Source of the DNA: Spirochaetia bacterium
GTDB taxonomy: Bacteria > Spirochaetota > Spirochaetia > CAKZLE01
NCBI GenBank assembly: GCA_963677595.1
Contig: OY782041.1
Span: 3,008,001-3,072,000, forward strand
Direction of reading: 5' to 3'
Length of the DNA: 64,000 nucleotides
How positions within the stretch are numbered: the first letter of the stretch is position 1; each line of letters begins with the position of its first letter. The notes under the pieces are model-generated. The model was not told the origin of the DNA. It saw only the letters and a program-made list of their open reading frames with translations, and did not search any database. Shown here in pieces: positions 59,923 to 64,000 of this stretch. The position numbers and the translations under genes were made by a program.

Positions 59923-62637
59923 ATGAATAGCATAAATCAGAATGTAGACTTGTTTTCCACTTCCAGAATCTTACACGAAATACGTCAGAATGTAGTTCCT
60001 GTTATGGAAACGGTCCTGAATAGGGCAGGGAAGGCTGGGTGCTGGATTGATATGAAGATCGACCCGGTCGATGGTTCAGATCGGCATCTTTCCTCCTGGT
60101 ACGATACTGAGAATATCTATGGCTGGATCCAGGGAAGAGGATTGGAGACGTTCACAACTTACTTGAGGTGGCTTGATACACTCCATGGCTATAGTTTCCT
60201 TGATCGGCAGTCCATCCTTCGTATGGGAGACAATCTCTATCAAGAACTCTTAAGGCTGTTAAGGGACCGAGGCCATATTCCTTTTCTTTTTGCAGACACT
60301 GTGGGATATCCGGAGGTTGCAGCTCATGGGATACCGTACGCCGGTTCCTTTTGCGATATGTTTGCAGCAAGGGGACTGCTGGAATATGCAGGGTACCGGG
60401 GATACTTTTCTGACATCCCGTTTCTTGTGGACAGACTGAGAGTTCTCACTGACCTGCACATCAAGGGGGAAGCCTTCAACGATCAGATCTCGTTTGAGAC
60501 AGGGCTCCCTACTGCAGTGAGTACCGAGAGTTTTGGGATTGAAGGCCCTATGCTCGCAATTGGGGCAGCAGAGATTCTCTTCGAGGCAACAGGTGAACAA
60601 TGTGATCTTGAAAGGGGATTCAACGCAATCCATAGGATCATGGTCAGCCATACACATGAGGTGCCCGGCAGTGGGTTGATGATTGTCGACCGGATAGACA
60701 GGGAAGGTCGGCCAGTTAAGACTGATGGTGTTCTGCTGAATAATCCAGGGCATACCCTTGAGATTATCGGGATGGGGTTACAGTTCCTTAGGAAGGTCCC
60801 TGAAAATGCCTGTAGCAGTAATCAGGTGGATCTCATCAACCAGTGGAAGAGGACCTTCAAGGATTTGGCTGATGTGCATCTTGGTATCGGATTGTCGGAG
60901 ATAGGTACCGTCTATCTGTCTGTACGTGCACATGACGGGATACCCGTCAAGACAGCATCACCATGGTGGTCTAGCTTCGAAGCGGTACGGACCGCCTGTG
61001 AGCTGTTATATATTTCTGAGACAGACTCTGAGCGTGAAAAGAGATTCTCTTTGGTGACCAATTTCATGCAAACGATACAGAAGATCTACCTTGAGCGATC
61101 AGAGACTGGTGTCCCAATCCAGACGGTTGATGAGAAAGGCGAGATACTGAACTTGATTCCAGCGACACCCGATATAGACCCTGGTTATCATACAGGGATA
61201 CCCCTGTTTGATGCATATGAGATCCTTTCCGAGTATGCCGGGTTTATGGCCGGCTTAGGTGAAGTTCGGATACCTTTGAAATTGGGGAGGAAGCTGCAGG
61301 GGCATGTCTCCAGGGTAAAACCAGCGGACGCGGTATTGGACCCCTTGTATGCCCGGGTCTGTGTGTTGGAAACTGCCTTTTCTCGGCTGGTCGTAATCGT
61401 GTGTGACCTTATAGAGTTCGGACCGGATTGGAGCAGCAACATATATCATGCGATTGAGGAACGATACGGTATCCCTTATGAACACATCATCCTTGCATCA
61501 ACCCATACGCATACAGGGCCATGTGTTATTAAGCTTGGGAACGACAGGCCAGAGGACGAGCTTCTTGAAAGGGTAATCGACAGCATCCATCAAGCATGTG
61601 CAGCTAGTCTTAACGCGATGGAACCTGTAATGATCTCTAGTTATCAGGATCGCGTTCATGGCCTTGGGATCAACCGACGCGTTGTTGATACTGAAACTCG
61701 CAGCTCACGTATGAAGCCAAATCCATCAGGACCAATTGATGACAGCGTCCTCACAATCTGCCTTCGTGATGCGGAAGAGCGAGTAAAAGGATTGCTTGTC
61801 AACGTAGCCATACACCCGACGACACTAGGGATTGGTATCTCCCAGTATTCGGCAGATTATCCGGGAAGGCTCGTTTACTCCCTGCAACAGAAATATCGTA
61901 ATGCAGTAGTGCTTGTTCTTCAGGGAGCGTGCGGCGATGTCAGGCCAGCCTTACTGAATACTGACAGGACAGGTTTCGTGGACGGCGAGGTAAAAGACAT
62001 TGAGTATATCGGGACTTCGATCGCATCTAGCATCATTTCCCAGGTGGATAGCGGATTGACTGAATCCTGTGTTCTGGGTACTGACCTGTTCATGACAAAG
62101 AGAATCGTGACACTCCCAATCGCTCCCCTCGATAACGTTTCGTTGAAAGCGGTCATAGAGAAATTGAAAACCAGTCTGGACAAGCCGGCAGTAAGTGAGC
62201 TTGCAGATGATGAGTTCCAGGCATCACATGACAATGAAGCATTGTTGGCTGAGATTGAATTGCGATGGGCAGAGAATATGCTTAGCTATCATGCAGAGCA
62301 CCCGGCTCCAACTGGTATAGAAGCGGAATTCGGACTTGCCGTAATAGGTGACCAGATTGTGATCATCTCTGTCCCAGGTGAAATCTTCAGCCAAATCGGG
62401 ATTCACGCCAAGCAGCTGGTCCAAGACAAGTCAGTACTTTTCTGCGGGTATTGTGGAAGCTCGGTAGGGTATATCCCCACAGCTGAAGCTTTACGGGAAG
62501 GTGGGTATGAGGTTGATTCTGCATATCGCCTTTATGGTTTTGCGGGACCTTTTACCAGTGATACGGAACCCCTGATCTACTCCACCATTAGAGAATTATT
62601 GGAGAACTATAATGAAAGAACGTCGGTTCCAACATAA
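59923..62637 (+). CDS. Fusion of AGE-like (N-acylglucosamine 2-epimerase) barrel and neutral ceramidase-like amidohydrolase
   Basis: N-half WIQGR, NPGHTLE, PWW..EA, GYH; C-half STHTHTGP, HPT, SADYPG, QGACGD, PGEIF, GYIPT..GGYE. Confidence 0.72.
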   Translation: MNSINQNVDLFSTSRILHEIRQNVVPVMETVLNRAGKAGCWIDMKIDPVDGSDRHLSSWYDTENIYGWIQGRGLETFTTYLRWLDTLHGYSFLDRQSILRMGDNLYQELLRLLRDRGHIPFLFADTVGYPEVAAHGIPYAGSFCDMFAARGLLEYAGYRGYFSDIPFLVDRLRVLTDLHIKGEAFNDQISFETGLPTAVSTESFGIEGPMLAIGAAEILFEATGEQCDLERGFNAIHRIMVSHTHEVPGSGLMIVDRIDREGRPVKTDGVLLNNPGHTLEIIGMGLQFLRKVPENACSSNQVDLINQWKRTFKDLADVHLGIGLSEIGTVYLSVRAHDGIPVKTASPWWSSFEAVRTACELLYISETDSEREKRFSLVTNFMQTIQKIYLERSETGVPIQTVDEKGEILNLIPATPDIDPGYHTGIPLFDAYEILSEYAGFMAGLGEVRIPLKLGRKLQGHVSRVKPADAVLDPLYARVCVLETAFSRLVVIVCDLIEFGPDWSSNIYHAIEERYGIPYEHIILASTHTHTGPCVIKLGNDRPEDELLERVIDSIHQACAASLNAMEPVMISSYQDRVHGLGINRRVVDTETRSSRMKPNPSGPIDDSVLTICLRDAEERVKGLLVNVAIHPTTLGIGISQYSADYPGRLVYSLQQKYRNAVVLVLQGACGDVRPALLNTDRTGFVDGEVKDIEYIGTSIASSIISQVDSGLTESCVLGTDLFMTKRIVTLPIAPLDNVSLKAVIEKLKTSLDKPAVSELADDEFQASHDNEALLAEIELRWAENMLSYHAEHPAPTGIEAEFGLAVIGDQIVIISVPGEIFSQIGIHAKQLVQDKSVLFCGYCGSSVGYIPTAEALREGGYEVDSAYRLYGFAGPFTSDTEPLIYSTIRELLENYNERTSVPT

Positions 62638-63730
62638 CATATACGCCCCGGTCGATGTCCTGGGGTTTATGGCTGGATATTCTCTGCATGACCTATATCT
62701 GGATCCAGAAGCCTGTATTGATTCATATGAGACGGGGAAACCGCGGTTACAGGAGTTGTGTGGTTCCTTAGAGATCAGCATGCCCCTGACAACCCCAGTA
62801 ATCAAGTACGGCCATATGCATGAACTAGGGGTACCTCTGTTGTTCCCCGCAGATGGACAAGTAGCACCGGACCACCTTCATCTCTCTATAGACACGGTCT
62901 TTGACTTTCTCACAGCTTCTGAGTTCCAGCAGAAAAGTGCTTTCACCAGGGAATTATCCCAAAAGCAGATTGCTTACCTGAAGAGAGTGCGCAATCACTT
63001 TGGAGAATATGTATCATGGGGATGGCAATGGGAAGGTCCCTTGACAACGGCATGGGGTTTGCTGGGATCAGATTTCTTTACCGGGTTTTATGATTACCCT
63101 GCGGAGATGCGCATGCTTTTGGAGAAGATCGCAGAGAGCCTCTCAGTGTATATTCATTGTTACGAAGCGGTAGATGGGACCGTTCCCGCTTCACCGTTTC
63201 CGGATTATGGACGGGTGTGTGATGACCTGTCGGCAATGGTCTCCCCTGAGTTCTGGGAAGATTTCGTGAATCCTTCATGGCTCTCCTGTTTTATGAAGGC
63301 ATTGCCGGGCAAGAAAGTACACTGTGAAGGACTTACAACTTCCCATCTGCCGTATCTCAAGAGCATCGAGATCCAAGATTATGATCCTGGGATCTCACCG
63401 AAACTGAACCCTGAGCTCATTCATGATACGGTACCGGAATTGCCTTTCAATTGGCGACTGGGATCGTTTCACTATCCAGATATGAGTGATTATGACATCG
63501 AACAGTTCGTGTATCATGCAGCTGCTGCCGGAGCTAAGAGTGTTTTCACATTCTTCGAGCCTAATATGTGTGAGCAAGAGACTGTACAGAAAGTTACTGT
63601 ATTTGACTTCGCAGCACGTAGAGTAGAATCAGCTTTACAGGGTACTCATGGGAAGCAGGAAGTTAGGGAAAGGCTGCAGGCTTACATTGATGATGCTTGG
63701 AGCTGGAAAGACTGGAATGGGTTTTTCTAA
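62612..63730 (+). CDS. URO-D/methyltransferase-fold hypothetical protein
   Basis: EGPLTTAWGLLG, DD..MVSPEFWEDFV.P, VHCEG resemble the uroporphyrinogen decarboxylase family. Confidence 0.6.
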   Translation: MKERRFQHNIYAPVDVLGFMAGYSLHDLYLDPEACIDSYETGKPRLQELCGSLEISMPLTTPVIKYGHMHELGVPLLFPADGQVAPDHLHLSIDTVFDFLTASEFQQKSAFTRELSQKQIAYLKRVRNHFGEYVSWGWQWEGPLTTAWGLLGSDFFTGFYDYPAEMRMLLEKIAESLSVYIHCYEAVDGTVPASPFPDYGRVCDDLSAMVSPEFWEDFVNPSWLSCFMKALPGKKVHCEGLTTSHLPYLKSIEIQDYDPGISPKLNPELIHDTVPELPFNWRLGSFHYPDMSDYDIEQFVYHAAAAGAKSVFTFFEPNMCEQETVQKVTVFDFAARRVESALQGTHGKQEVRERLQAYIDDAWSWKDWNGFF

Positions 63731-63768
63731 TGATATTACAGATGTTTAACGACGGTAGGAGTGAGTAA

Positions 63769-64000
63769 ATGGAAAAATTAGCAATTCTAGGCGGTACCCC
63801 GGTACTACAGGGGGAGAATGAGGAGTTATTCAATTGGCCGATTGTCACGGAGGAGGATGAACGGGCCGTTCTGGATGTCCTCCACGGCCGATCTATGAGC
63901 GGGACTGAAATCACAAAAGAGTTCGAGAAGGATATGGCCCAGTGGTTAGGGGTTGAATATGCCCTGGGATTCTGTAATGGGACTTCCGGTATTCTCAGTG
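63769..64000 (+). CDS. DegT/DnrJ/EryC1/StrS aminotransferase, 5' part (runs off window)
   Basis: MEKLAILGGTP..WP..FEKDMAQWLGVEYALGFCNGTS. Confidence 0.82.
   Translation, partial: MEKLAILGGTPVLQGENEELFNWPIVTEEDERAVLDVLHGRSMSGTEITKEFEKDMAQWLGVEYALGFCNGTSGILS

Overview
Bacterial genomic window, probably from a spirochaete such as Sphaerochaeta/Spirochaeta (inferred from the 'AGG(Q/T/A)(K/Q)E' N-termini of the sugar-binding proteins). It has three zones. (1) 1-14.8 kb: two sugar ABC-transporter operons, one with two sulfatases and one with a FAD oxidoreductase, a DHDPS-family aldolase and IclR, separated by a patch of orphan antitoxins. (2) 14.8-33.8 kb: a defence/toxin-antitoxin island with four ABC-type AAA_15/AAA_21 ATPases, an AAA_14-DUF4143 ATPase, RloB, Panacea, DarG, ImmA/IrrE and an MqsRA-like pair. 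An ISL3 element sits nested inside an IS1182 element at a rearrangement breakpoint. (3) 33.8-64 kb: a visibly more AT-rich catabolic island for amino sugars/glycosides (GH4, NagA, NagB, Gfo/Idh/MocA, FAD oxidoreductase, FGE-BNR fusion, AGE-ceramidase fusion), with one gene split by an ISAzo13 element. The most striking pattern is that antitoxin/sensor halves of many two-gene modules are intact, while the toxic partners survive only as short stubs or frameshifted relics. No rRNA, tRNA or CRISPR array was recognised. All family calls come from motif recognition by eye, not database searches.
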